Below are positions 20,169 through 29,593 of a DNA stretch of 49,644 nucleotides, in pieces (positions within the stretch are counted from its first letter, which is position 1; each line of letters begins with the position of its first letter). The notes under the pieces were generated by a model. The model was not told where the DNA came from, did no database searches, and saw nothing but the letters and a program-made list of their open reading frames with translations. Made by a program: the position numbers and the translations under genes. Source of the DNA: Eubacterium sp. (GTDB taxonomy: Bacteria > Bacillota > Clostridia > Oscillospirales > Acutalibacteraceae); contig JBJEPO010000130.1 in NCBI GenBank assembly GCA_051881275.1, positions 1 to 49,644 of the forward strand, written 5' to 3'.

Positions 20169-20939
20169 ATGGATTTTAAAGAGGATAAATTTATGGTTGC
20201 GCTGGCACTGATTGTAGTTGCCTTTGTAATTGCACAGGCAGTTTTCTTTTTAGTGCGTGCAATTAAGCGAGCCAAGGAATTGGGAATTGAAAAAGCTACT
20301 ATCAAAAGCACTATTGTGTCATCGGGACTGTTTACCATAGCCCCGGCAATAGGCATTGTTGCAACGGTGCTTACTCTTTCGGCGGCACTGGGATATGTTC
20401 TGCCCTGGATTAGACTTACCGTTATAGGCAATATTTCCTACGAGGTTACGGCGGCAACCAACGCCATAGAGGCTTACGGACTCACCGGCGGTATTGCAAA
20501 CCCCATAACCGACCCGGAGGTTTTCGGTACAGTAGCGTGGGTTATGACTCTCGGCTCAATTATGCCACTTATTCTTATTCCGTTTCTGCTTAAAACGGTG
20601 CAGAAAAAAATCGGCAAAACCGTATCAAAAAACAGTAAGTGGTCCTCGGTAATGAGTGCGGCGGCGTTTATCGGACTGATTGCCGCATTTGTGGCACGTG
20701 CCATAATCGGCAAGGGCGAACCGAATGTTCAGGGCGACGGTGCAGGAGTGCTGTCGGTGGCAGCACTGATTTTCTCGGTGGTGCTGATGCTGATACTGCA
20801 AAAAATCGCAACGGTTAAAGGCTGGAAATGGCTTGACTCCTTTGCAATGCCCTTTTCAATGATTGGTGCAATGGCACTTGTAATGCTTTTGGCGCAGGTG
20901 CTTCCCGAATCAATAGCGTTTTTGGAATGGAGGGGCTGA
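20169..20939 (+). CDS. DUF5058-family membrane protein
   Basis: Multi-TM protein; RAKELG, PWIRL.VIG..YE..AA motifs recalled for DUF5058. Confidence 0.75.
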   Translation: MDFKEDKFMVALALIVVAFVIAQAVFFLVRAIKRAKELGIEKATIKSTIVSSGLFTIAPAIGIVATVLTLSAALGYVLPWIRLTVIGNISYEVTAATNAIEAYGLTGGIANPITDPEVFGTVAWVMTLGSIMPLILIPFLLKTVQKKIGKTVSKNSKWSSVMSAAAFIGLIAAFVARAIIGKGEPNVQGDGAGVLSVAALIFSVVLMLILQKIATVKGWKWLDSFAMPFSMIGAMALVMLLAQVLPESIAFLEWRG

Positions 20940-20940
20940 T

Positions 20941-21600
20941 ATGGACAGTAAATATATCAATAAAACTCATACATACGGCAGAATATGGATATTTGTCACA
21001 CTGGCTCTTTTCCTTTGTATTCCTGCCTTTATATGCTATCATCTTAATGTTTTTCCCAAGGCGGATATGGTGTTTAAGGGTCTTGCCACGGTAGCGGTAG
21101 TTTTCTATCCCACCGCAGTTCTTGAGGTTCTTACATATTCTCCTTTGCTGGGAACAGGCGGCACATATCTGGGCTTTGTTACCGGCAATATCACAAATCT
21201 TAAGCTTCCTGTTGCCCTTAACTCAATGGAAAGCGCAGAGGTTGAGCCTAATACCGAGGAGGGCGAGGTTATATCCACAATTTCCATAGCCGTGTCCTCA
21301 ATCGTTACAACAATAATTATTGCCGTGTGCGTGCTGGCGTTCAGGCCTGTTTTGCACAATATTACCGATAAGGACAGCGTTTTCGCTCCTGCATTTCAGC
21401 AGGTTACGCCTGCGCTTTTCGGTGCGCTTTGTGCGTCCTATCTTGCAAAGCACTGGAAAATATCAATTTTACCCATTGTTGTGCTTGTTATAATCCTTTT
21501 GTTCAGCGGAACTCTCGGCACAGGTGTGCTTATTCCTATCGGCGTAGTCGTTTCGCTTTTGGGTGCTCATTTGATGTATAAGAAAGGATGGCTTGATTGA
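20941..21600 (+). CDS. Uncharacterised multi-TM membrane protein (DUF5058 partner)
   Basis: H.YGR, Y.P.LG.GG.YL.F.TGN..NLK.P, PALFG; 1 bp gap after DUF5058. Confidence 0.7.
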   Translation: MDSKYINKTHTYGRIWIFVTLALFLCIPAFICYHLNVFPKADMVFKGLATVAVVFYPTAVLEVLTYSPLLGTGGTYLGFVTGNITNLKLPVALNSMESAEVEPNTEEGEVISTISIAVSSIVTTIIIAVCVLAFRPVLHNITDKDSVFAPAFQQVTPALFGALCASYLAKHWKISILPIVVLVIILLFSGTLGTGVLIPIGVVVSLLGAHLMYKKGWLD

Positions 21601-23063
21601 TGAAAATTTTTCTTATAATTTTAGCGGTAATTGCGGCTTTAATAATAATCACCGCAGTAAAGGCGGTATTTTATAAGGCAAAGCCTGTTGAAATTACGCC
21701 TATGCCAAAGGAAAAGGTTGACAGCGAAAGGGTGCAAAAGCATCTTTCGCAGGCTATACAGATTAAAACAATATCAAATCCCGACGATGACAAGGTGGAC
21801 TGGTCGGAATTTGACAGATTTCACGATTTTCTTGACGAGGCATATCCTCTCATTCACGGAAAGCTGAAAAAAGAGGATATTTCTCAGGCGTCCCTGCTTT
21901 ATACCTGGGAGGGTAAAAATAAGGACCTTGAGCCTATTGCCCTGCTTTCACACCAGGACGTTGTGCCGGTGGCCGAAAGCACCTACAATGACTGGAAGCA
22001 TGACCCCTTTGAGGGCTATAATGACGGCGAATTTATTTGGGGCAGAGGGGCGGTTGATATGAAAAACCACCTTATCTGCGTTATGGATGCGGTGGAAGCA
22101 CTGCTGGAGGAGGGCTTTGAGCCTGAACGCACCGTTTACCTTTGCTTCGGTCATAACGAGGAGATTGTAGCAGGCAAAAACAACGGTGCCAACGCCATAA
22201 TGAACACCCTTAAAGAAAGAGGAGTGCATCTTGATTCAACCCTTGACGAGGGCGGAGCTATTATTAAAGCCAATGTTAAGGGATTGATTGAGGGCAATTT
22301 GGCAGGCGTAGGTATCGCCGAAAAAGGCTACGCCGATTATAAAATTACCGTAAAGGCAAAGGGCGGTCATTCCTCACAGCCACCAAAGCACACCGCCGCA
22401 GGAGCAATAAGCAATGTGGTGCGTGACTTGGAAAATCATCAATTCAAAGCAAGAATGTTACCGTCGGTATATAATCTTTTCAGCGGTGTTGGCAAGCATA
22501 CATCCTTCCCTGCCAGAATGATTATGTGCAACCTGCGTTTCCTTAAGCCTGTATTTTTTGCCGCTATGAAGCAGTTTCCCCCTGCGGCAACATTTATCAG
22601 AACAACCACCGCCTGCACAATGCTCAGCGGAAGTCCTGCGTCAAATGTTCTTCCCCAAACGGCAAGCGTAACCGTTAATTTCAGGGAGCTTCCCGGCGAC
22701 ACCCTGGCGGATACCGAGGCGCACATAAGACGTGTTGTTAAAAACAAGGATATTGATGTGGAATTTCTCAAGGGTAAGGAGGCGTCCAAGGTTTCCTCCA
22801 CCGACTCAAAATCCTTTAAAGCCATAGAAAAGCTTGCCCTGCAAATAAGCGACAAAAACATTGTTGCACCGTTCCTTGTTATGGGCGGAACCGACTCCTA
22901 TCATTACGAGGAAATCTGCGATAATATGTACAGATTTTCGCCCTTCACCATTGACGCATCAATAATGCTTACAACTCACGGTACAGACGAGCGTATTCCC
23001 GTTGACCAGCTTACCGTAGGCGTGGAATTTTTCAAGCGATACATAAAGGAAATGAATAAATAA
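21600..23063 (+). CDS. M20 metallo-amidohydrolase, PM20D1/carboxypeptidase S-like, with N-terminal membrane anchor
   Basis: SHQDVVP, GRGAVDMK, GHNEE, DEGG, GGHSS, GGTDS, HGTDERI. Confidence 0.88.
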   Translation: MKIFLIILAVIAALIIITAVKAVFYKAKPVEITPMPKEKVDSERVQKHLSQAIQIKTISNPDDDKVDWSEFDRFHDFLDEAYPLIHGKLKKEDISQASLLYTWEGKNKDLEPIALLSHQDVVPVAESTYNDWKHDPFEGYNDGEFIWGRGAVDMKNHLICVMDAVEALLEEGFEPERTVYLCFGHNEEIVAGKNNGANAIMNTLKERGVHLDSTLDEGGAIIKANVKGLIEGNLAGVGIAEKGYADYKITVKAKGGHSSQPPKHTAAGAISNVVRDLENHQFKARMLPSVYNLFSGVGKHTSFPARMIMCNLRFLKPVFFAAMKQFPPAATFIRTTTACTMLSGSPASNVLPQTASVTVNFRELPGDTLADTEAHIRRVVKNKDIDVEFLKGKEASKVSSTDSKSFKAIEKLALQISDKNIVAPFLVMGGTDSYHYEEICDNMYRFSPFTIDASIMLTTHGTDERIPVDQLTVGVEFFKRYIKEMNK

Positions 23064-23080
23064 TACTCTGTATAAAGACT

Positions 23081-23110
23081 AAAACCCCCGATTAACGCTA
23101 ATCGGGGGTT
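23081..23110. terminator. Hairpin between convergent genes (bidirectional terminator)
   Basis: AACCCCCGATTA-ACGC-TAATCGGGGGTT. Confidence 0.75.
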
Positions 23111-23126
23111 AACTGTTTAACATTAG

Positions 23127-24251
23127 TTATTCTTCATTAATTATCTGTCTGTAAAAATCTATTGCGCCGTCTATCATTTCATTGCCCGGCTCGTCAAAGG
23201 GGAATAACACGCTGTAAACGTGCTGCAGGCTTTTGCCGTTGTATTTTTCGTAGTCCTTAAGCTCGGTGTTTATTCCTTTGCTTTCCAGCAGCTCGGCAGT
23301 TTTTAAGGTTTGAGAGTGAGCAAGAGAATCACCGCTGCTGGTAATCAGATATGTAGGCGGAAAATCAGGTGCGTAATCTATGATTTCGTCAAGATTCATA
23401 TAATTGTATGTATCTTTTTTCCTGTAATCCTCGCCCCAGCAAAGCTTGGTGTAAACGCTTATTGCGCCCTCCTTCATAAAGGGAACAGGGGAGGTGAGGA
23501 GCAGTGCGCTGATATCCAAATCTGCGCTGACAGTGCCGAAAACCTCTCTCATTTCGGGGCTTCGCAGTAAAACCGCCGAGTAGGAGGCAAGCATACCGCC
23601 GGCGGAGTCGCCTGTCAGCATAATATCCTCGGCGCAGGGATATGCGCTTTTGTTTTCGCTTATCCAGTTAAGTGCCTGCATAACGTCCTGTAACTGCTCT
23701 TTAACCGTAACATCGGGCACAAGACGGTAGCTTATGCTGAACACAACAAAGCCTCTGTCAGCCAGTGCACGGCAGTAATATTCGTTTAAATCCTTGGAGC
23801 CGTACATCCAACCGCCGCCGTGAATATCAATTATCACAGGCAGTTTTTCATCGGGGGTAAGGCTTTTGGGATAAAATACGTCAAGCCTATGATAAATATT
23901 TCCGTCGTCAATATAGGGTATATCCTTTATTGCTTGGGTGTCCGGCGGTGTTTGGTCCTCGTGCTTTTTTGCGTCGCCGTCGGCACAGAAGTACCAAATC
24001 ATCTCCATCATTTTCATAATGCGGTTTCTCTGTAATTTTTTTGTTGCTTCGTCGGAGTAATCAATGCTGTCCGAGATAACGGTTCCGCCGACGCATACCA
24101 GGTCGGCGTCGGTGTCCTTTTGGGGACGTGTAACAATCTCAATGAATACGGTGGCAACGACAGCAATTACCAGCACCGCTATTATAAGTATTTTTAATAC
24201 AGTCAGCATAGTTTTCTTTGCGTTTTTCTGCTTTTTCTCTTTTACAGGCAT
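23127..24251 (-). CDS. Membrane-anchored alpha/beta hydrolase (HSL-type esterase/lipase)
   Basis: IHGGGW, GDSAGG nucleophile, GDSL, QHVY; N-terminal TM segment. Confidence 0.88.
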   Translation of the reverse strand: MPVKEKKQKNAKKTMLTVLKILIIAVLVIAVVATVFIEIVTRPQKDTDADLVCVGGTVISDSIDYSDEATKKLQRNRIMKMMEMIWYFCADGDAKKHEDQTPPDTQAIKDIPYIDDGNIYHRLDVFYPKSLTPDEKLPVIIDIHGGGWMYGSKDLNEYYCRALADRGFVVFSISYRLVPDVTVKEQLQDVMQALNWISENKSAYPCAEDIMLTGDSAGGMLASYSAVLLRSPEMREVFGTVSADLDISALLLTSPVPFMKEGAISVYTKLCWGEDYRKKDTYNYMNLDEIIDYAPDFPPTYLITSSGDSLAHSQTLKTAELLESKGINTELKDYEKYNGKSLQHVYSVLFPFDEPGNEMIDGAIDFYRQIINEE

Positions 24252-24318
24252 AAAAACTTTCCTTTCGGCAATATTACCGTTACCATGGATTTGTTGAGGT
24301 TCGGTTGAACTTAATTTC

Positions 24319-24347
24319 AGTATAGCAAAGGTGTTATTTTATGTCAA
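24319..24347 (-). promoter_or_regulatory. Sigma-A promoter for the esterase
   Basis: Minus strand TTGACA, 17 bp spacer ending TGC, TATACT. Confidence 0.7.
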
Positions 24348-24380
24348 TAAGCTATAAATGCACAAATTGTTATTTTTTAC

Positions 24381-24420
24381 AAAAAACACCCCGACAGAAA
24401 GTTTATCTTCTGTCGGGGTT
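24381..24420 (-). terminator. Intrinsic terminator of the polysaccharide-modification operon
   Basis: ACCCCGACAGAA...TTCTGTCGGGGT hairpin; the A-run at 24381 gives the minus-strand U-tract. Confidence 0.75.
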
Positions 24421-24423
24421 TGA

Positions 24424-24969
24424 CTATTCGGCTAAATTTTTATAAAAAACATTGTAGATAAAACCGCCTGTAAAGCTTTTCATCATCTGCATATATTCTT
24501 CCTTTGAGGTGTGCTCACCGTACAGCATAACCTCATAAATTACTCCCAGCTCCGTAACTCTTACGCCGGAATCGTGAAAGCCGTTTTTTTCATAAAAGGC
24601 TTTTCGCCGTTTTCTCTGTTCGTAATTTGCACTGTCGGGATTTACCTCCTCAATGCTTAGAGTCAGCCGTTTTCCTTTAAATCTCCGCTGTATTTCCTTA
24701 AGTATTTTACTGCCGTAGCCTTTGCTTCGGCAATCACCGTCAACCGCAAGGTAAAAAACATATACCAAATCCTTATAATATATGTTATATACCAGTCCTG
24801 CAAACTGCTCTTTGTCGTAAACGGCAAAAAAGTCGGCGCATTTACTTTTTGAACGGTACTGCAAAAATGCAAAGGGTGCTCTTTCAGCAAGGGGAAAGGC
24901 GGAGGAATACAGACGGCGTACAAGTCGCCTTGCAGTCTTTGATTTGTTTATGTCAAGAAATTTTATCAT
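24424..24969 (-). CDS. GNAT-family N-acetyltransferase
   Basis: YLAV...RSKGYGS, RRKAFYEKNGF. Confidence 0.88.
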   Translation of the reverse strand: MIKFLDINKSKTARRLVRRLYSSAFPLAERAPFAFLQYRSKSKCADFFAVYDKEQFAGLVYNIYYKDLVYVFYLAVDGDCRSKGYGSKILKEIQRRFKGKRLTLSIEEVNPDSANYEQRKRRKAFYEKNGFHDSGVRVTELGVIYEVMLYGEHTSKEEYMQMMKSFTGGFIYNVFYKNLAE

Positions 24970-24975
24970 TTACAA

Positions 24976-26073
24976 TTACTCCGATGCTTTGCGCTTTCTT
25001 TCGGTTAGGGTGATAATTTTACCGTTAATTGTATTAATGAGCTTGTTATACGGCTTTGCCAAAAGCGCAGTCATTATAACGCATACAGCCAGCACGAAAA
25101 CAGATTTCAGTGTGTACATAAGATAGGTGTCGGAGGTGATCTTTTCCGCTAAAAATCTGCCCAGCCTTTGAATGTTTATCTGGTCGTGAACAATCATTAT
25201 GAAAAGCGAATTCAGTCCGAAATAGGACAGCACCTTGCTGACGCCTTTAAATTTTGACAAAACAATGCTTATAAGAACCACGCCTATTGTGCCGGCAAAG
25301 GAGCATATAATCATTTCGGGAATGTGAACAAAATCAAGGTTCTTTATATTATTTATAACAGGCTGTCCCATAAAGGCGATTAATACAATCAGCGCCGCAC
25401 CCATACAGAAGATGGGTATGGTGTTGATAATTTTTTTATTCATTTCAATAAGCAGTCTTAATATTTTTTTGGAATAATATCCTGCCATAATATAAATCAT
25501 AACAAAAAACGGTCTTATAACGGTTTGACAAAGCAAATGAACCACACGCATTATGCCGGATTCGGGTAAGGACTGTAAAGCCATTGCTATTATCAAAGCA
25601 CCGGCCATTGAAATACAGCCAATGGCGATATTAAGCACCGCCTTTTTGCTTTTGCCCAAAATATATACGCACAGGAATTTACCGCCTAAAAGCGCAGAGA
25701 AAAACCAAAGCACGTTTATGCCCGACATTAAAACCGTTGCCGCAATGTCAACGGCAAAGCTTGTGAAATCAATGCTTTTAAGCAATAAAAATTCAACAAA
25801 AAATTCCAACACAAGATAAATTCCGCTGCATACAAAGTAATTTATCAGCAGCTTAAGATTTTTCCTGAAAAAATCATATATGTCTATTTTACTGTTAACC
25901 TCTTTAATTACCGCACCTGACAAAAAGAAAAACAGCGGCATAACAAATGTTACAAACACATTGTACAAAGGACTTTGCGCAGGAATAGAGTGTAAAATTA
26001 CAACGCATATTATTCCTATGCCCTTTGAAATATCAATAGCCTGTATTCTGTTGATTTGCTTTGTTTCTTCCAT
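24976..26073 (-). CDS. Acyltransferase-3 family membrane O-acyltransferase
   Basis: RIQAIDISKGIGI..V..H, MPLFFFLSG, LWFF, G.NSL.I..H; ~10 TM segments. Confidence 0.88.
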   Translation of the reverse strand: MEETKQINRIQAIDISKGIGIICVVILHSIPAQSPLYNVFVTFVMPLFFFLSGAVIKEVNSKIDIYDFFRKNLKLLINYFVCSGIYLVLEFFVEFLLLKSIDFTSFAVDIAATVLMSGINVLWFFSALLGGKFLCVYILGKSKKAVLNIAIGCISMAGALIIAMALQSLPESGIMRVVHLLCQTVIRPFFVMIYIMAGYYSKKILRLLIEMNKKIINTIPIFCMGAALIVLIAFMGQPVINNIKNLDFVHIPEMIICSFAGTIGVVLISIVLSKFKGVSKVLSYFGLNSLFIMIVHDQINIQRLGRFLAEKITSDTYLMYTLKSVFVLAVCVIMTALLAKPYNKLINTINGKIITLTERKRKASE

Positions 26074-26087
26074 AAAACCACCGTAAA

Positions 26088-27635
26088 TTACATAAATTTT
26101 TTGAGTATTTTGATTTTTCCTTTTGTAACGCTGTTAACCAAAGCCACCGCCTGCTTAAATTCCGCAGTCTTGAAAAATGCCGTAAAGAAAATTATATTTG
26201 ACAGCACCGCAGTAACAACCAGCCTTACGGCAATGGTTAAAATAAGCGATGAAAATTCAAACTGACAGCAGAAAATGCACAGGGCACAGACAAGGCATAC
26301 CACAATAACGTAATAAGCTAATTTTAACAGATACTGCTTTAGTCCTTTGTGGAATATTGTCGTAAACAGATTGTGAAAAAGCCAGGGCATACCTACAATC
26401 AGCGTACTTAAAATTGTTGATAAAATTATACCGTATAAGCCCCAAAACTGTACCATAATAAGATTCATCACAAGGTTTGCACCTGCGGTTGCCAAAGGAC
26501 GAAATCTGTCCTGATGCCATATTCCCGCCGAATCCTTGTAGGTGTTAAGCAACGCATTTATCTCTTTTACAAAAAAGTAGATGCAAAAGGCGATTACATA
26601 GCCGTAGGTAAGCATATTTTCCTTGCCTGCCCACAGTTCCATAAAGGGTTGGTAAAGCGTTGCAAGACAGCACACGCAAAAGCCTGAAAGCCAGGATATA
26701 ATAAGGGTAAATTTCTTTAAATCGTTGTAGTTTTTTTCCTCGCTTTCGGTAATTATACTGTTGCCTATTCCGGCGGTGCAGGAGGAAAAAATTATTGACA
26801 CAAATCCAAAAATGGAGGTCTGTATATAAAAATAGTTTTGATAAACAGCAAGAACGGTAAGTCCCAAAAACGCCGAAATAACTATGGTATCCACGGAGTC
26901 AACAATTACCGCACCCACCTTAGAGGTGAAAAGGTCACGTACACGGCGGTTTATTACGGCCACATTTTCCTTTGGCAGAGTGCCCTTCGCCTTGTACTGA
27001 GGATACAGGCGGTCAACTATTAATGCCGTAATTATATTTGTTGCGGCTTGTGTAACAAGCATTACGATTATGTACAGATAGTAGTTTTTTGTGGTGAGGA
27101 GAATTACTGCCTGTATTCCATACTGTACCGTAACGGTGGCAAGCTGTATTTTTGAATTTATATCGGAGCGCTGATGCGCCGTCAGCAGACTGTTTTTATA
27201 GGCAAAAAGCCAGTATGTCAAAACGGTTGCCGCCAAATTCATAAGATACAGAACATATACGTTCATACCCTGGGGAACAGTACCGCTTATGAGCTTTGGT
27301 ATTAAAGGTGTAATGGCACTGCCGACAACAAGAATAACCAGTCCTATTATGCGGTAATATATTTTGTAAAGCCTCATCAGTGCGCATATTGTGTCGCCGT
27401 CATCCTCGGATATGGGCTTGTACATACTGAAAACCATTGCCGAACCGACGCCCAGCTCTGCCAGATTGAGCACCGATAATACGGAGGTGAAAAGACTGTT
27501 TAAGCCTAAATACTGCATACCCAGCGTATAAATCATCAGTGTTCGCATTACGAAGGGTATTGCAAGCTTATACACTTTAAGTATTACACCGAAAACTATG
27601 TTGCGTGCGGCATTTTTACTTCGCTCTATTTTCAT
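26088..27635 (-). CDS. Polysaccharide flippase (Wzx/MOP superfamily)
   Basis: RSKNA.RN, GLNSLFT.VL..L.LAELG.G.A...MYKP; ~12-14 TM segments. Confidence 0.88.
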   Translation of the reverse strand: MKIERSKNAARNIVFGVILKVYKLAIPFVMRTLMIYTLGMQYLGLNSLFTSVLSVLNLAELGVGSAMVFSMYKPISEDDGDTICALMRLYKIYYRIIGLVILVVGSAITPLIPKLISGTVPQGMNVYVLYLMNLAATVLTYWLFAYKNSLLTAHQRSDINSKIQLATVTVQYGIQAVILLTTKNYYLYIIVMLVTQAATNIITALIVDRLYPQYKAKGTLPKENVAVINRRVRDLFTSKVGAVIVDSVDTIVISAFLGLTVLAVYQNYFYIQTSIFGFVSIIFSSCTAGIGNSIITESEEKNYNDLKKFTLIISWLSGFCVCCLATLYQPFMELWAGKENMLTYGYVIAFCIYFFVKEINALLNTYKDSAGIWHQDRFRPLATAGANLVMNLIMVQFWGLYGIILSTILSTLIVGMPWLFHNLFTTIFHKGLKQYLLKLAYYVIVVCLVCALCIFCCQFEFSSLILTIAVRLVVTAVLSNIIFFTAFFKTAEFKQAVALVNSVTKGKIKILKKFM

Positions 27636-28798
27636 TAATTATCCCTGCTTAAAATAAGTTTTAGTTTATTTATTGCCGTGGTCCTGTTTTCATCAATTAT
27701 ACGATGAGCATTTTGGTACTGCTCGCTTGTGATTTCTGCCGGAAGGGTGTCGTAGCTTTCGACAATTCTTTCGCCCAGCTGAAGATTTTTAAAAAGTCCG
27801 TAAAGCCTGCCGGACATATTGTTAAGAGCTCCCTCTCTTCCGAAGGCAAAAAACTGACGTCTGAAAATAACGGAAAATACGCTGGCGTGGAAGGAGTCGG
27901 TAAATACGTAATCTGCGTTTTTAATCAGCCTCAAAAAGTCCTCGGGTCCGGCGGTGAAGTATTCCGGATAATTTGCATTGTTAAGGCAAATTAAATCAAG
28001 GCCCTTTTCCTTTGCAAAATTCTTTGCACACTGCGCCCTTTCGGGAGATACCGTGCCGAGAAAGAAGGTCAGCACATATCCGCCATTTACGGGAAAATCC
28101 GATTTGTCAGCCAAATCGCTCCAAACCTTAGGATTTACCAAAAGCGTCGGGTCGGGCATTACGTCACATTCTCTGCCGGTAAGCTCCTTTACTATTTCCC
28201 TTCCGCTTTCTTCACGTACGGATATGTAATTCATACCCTCAAGATAATGCTTTGCCTGCTGAATGTATTTTTCTTCAAGTCTGTCCGTGCCGAAGCTTGC
28301 CGCCAGAGAAATTCGCTTTTCCTTCGGCGCAAACTGAAGATAGGATATGCTGTTGCCCTGCTTAAAGGACGGATTCCATACCTGGTCGCTGCCGGCGGCA
28401 AAAAAGTCAAATTCCCCGTCGATACCGTCGGGCACGCTTTTACCCTCAATTATTTTCGGATAAATATGCAGATATTCATTGTTGAATTTTTCAAAATTGG
28501 CTCTGCGCCCCTCAAGAAGCTCTGCCTTTCTCTGCTTCGTCTGTGCCGAGTCTTTTTTCTTGATTTTACTGTTAAGCGCATCCAGTGCCTTGTTCTTTTT
28601 CAGTAAAGCCTTGATTTGCTGTGACGTGCTCTTTTTAAGGTATCTGCCATCTATGTATGCGGTGTCCTCGTATGGTATGTTTGTAATGGTCTGCGCCTCA
28701 AATCCCATACTCTCCAGCAGCAGCTCAACGGCTAAATTCTGCAATCTGTTGCCGTAATTAATATTATCGTTGATTGTGATAATACCGATTTTTTTCAT
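27635..28798 (-). CDS. Polysaccharide pyruvyl transferase family protein
   Basis: NYGNRLQ, GSDQVWN, ISVRE, PDPTLL, TDSFHA. Confidence 0.9.
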   Translation of the reverse strand: MKKIGIITINDNINYGNRLQNLAVELLLESMGFEAQTITNIPYEDTAYIDGRYLKKSTSQQIKALLKKNKALDALNSKIKKKDSAQTKQRKAELLEGRRANFEKFNNEYLHIYPKIIEGKSVPDGIDGEFDFFAAGSDQVWNPSFKQGNSISYLQFAPKEKRISLAASFGTDRLEEKYIQQAKHYLEGMNYISVREESGREIVKELTGRECDVMPDPTLLVNPKVWSDLADKSDFPVNGGYVLTFFLGTVSPERAQCAKNFAKEKGLDLICLNNANYPEYFTAGPEDFLRLIKNADYVFTDSFHASVFSVIFRRQFFAFGREGALNNMSGRLYGLFKNLQLGERIVESYDTLPAEITSEQYQNAHRIIDENRTTAINKLKLILSRDN

Positions 28799-28845
28799 AT
28801 ATATTCACCCAAAATAAAACAGATATCCAATATGTTGTATTTTTT

Positions 28846-28874
28846 ATTGTATCACGTTTTTATCTGTATTGCAA
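28846..28874 (-). promoter_or_regulatory. Promoter for the pyruvyl transferase-flippase operon
   Basis: Minus strand TTGCAA, 17 bp spacer ending TGA, TACAAT. Confidence 0.65.
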
Positions 28875-28899
28875 TTATTAAAAATATAATAAAAAATAC

Positions 28900-28928
28900 T
28901 TTACAAACGGAGTTCGCTGTGCTATAAT
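28900..28928 (+). promoter_or_regulatory. Promoter for the SPxTG protein-srtB-LCP cluster
   Basis: TTTACA, 17 bp spacer ending TGC, TATAAT. Confidence 0.7.
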
Positions 28929-28999
28929 TTAGTAAATTGTAATAATATGAGTAGGTATCTGTATCGGGTACTGCTTAATTTAATTAGGGGTGTTTAACG

Positions 29000-29506
29000 A
29001 TGAAAAAGTTAATTTCAGTTGTTTTGTCTTTGATAATGGCTATGTCTGTATGCGCCGCTTGCGTAATACCGGCAATGGCTGCTGATACAGTTCTCAGTCC
29101 CAGCGACACAACAAAAAGAACTACCATTAATGTAGAGGTTAACGGTTCTACCTCCGATGACGTAAGCTACGAGAAGGACCCTGAAAACGATAGCGAAATC
29201 ACCTTCACCTATGACGGCGACGGTAAGCTTATCGGTTGGGAATTCCCCGGTCTTGAGGAAGGCGTAGATTATGAGATTGTTTCTCAGGAAGGCAACTCAA
29301 TCACCATCAGACTTCTTGATGATATTGAGAATGTTACCGCTAATGCTATTGTTGAGTACAAGGGTACAACCAAGGCTACAACAAAGAAAAGCGACAAATC
29401 AAAATCTCCTGCAACAGGTGCTGTAACAGGTTCAGGCCTTGCTGTGGCAGGTGCAGGTGTTGCTATTCTTGCCGCTCTCAAGAAAAAGAGCGATGACGCT
29501 GAATAA
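29000..29506 (+). CDS. Small sortase-anchored surface protein (SPATG sorting signal)
   Basis: Signal peptide ending AMA, acidic beta-rich core, T/K linker, then KSPATG + hydrophobic segment + KKK. Confidence 0.85.
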   Translation: MKKLISVVLSLIMAMSVCAACVIPAMAADTVLSPSDTTKRTTINVEVNGSTSDDVSYEKDPENDSEITFTYDGDGKLIGWEFPGLEEGVDYEIVSQEGNSITIRLLDDIENVTANAIVEYKGTTKATTKKSDKSKSPATGAVTGSGLAVAGAGVAILAALKKKSDDAE

Positions 29507-29520
29507 TTAAAGCAAATTAT

Positions 29521-29556
29521 AAAAGGCCCGTAATCCTTTGATTACAGGTCTTTTTT
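29521..29556 (+). terminator. Intrinsic terminator
   Basis: AAAAGGCCCGTAATC-CTTT-GATTACAGGTCTTTT. Confidence 0.7.
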
Positions 29557-29593
29557 ATGTTAAAAATAAATCATACATAATGGGTTGATAACA

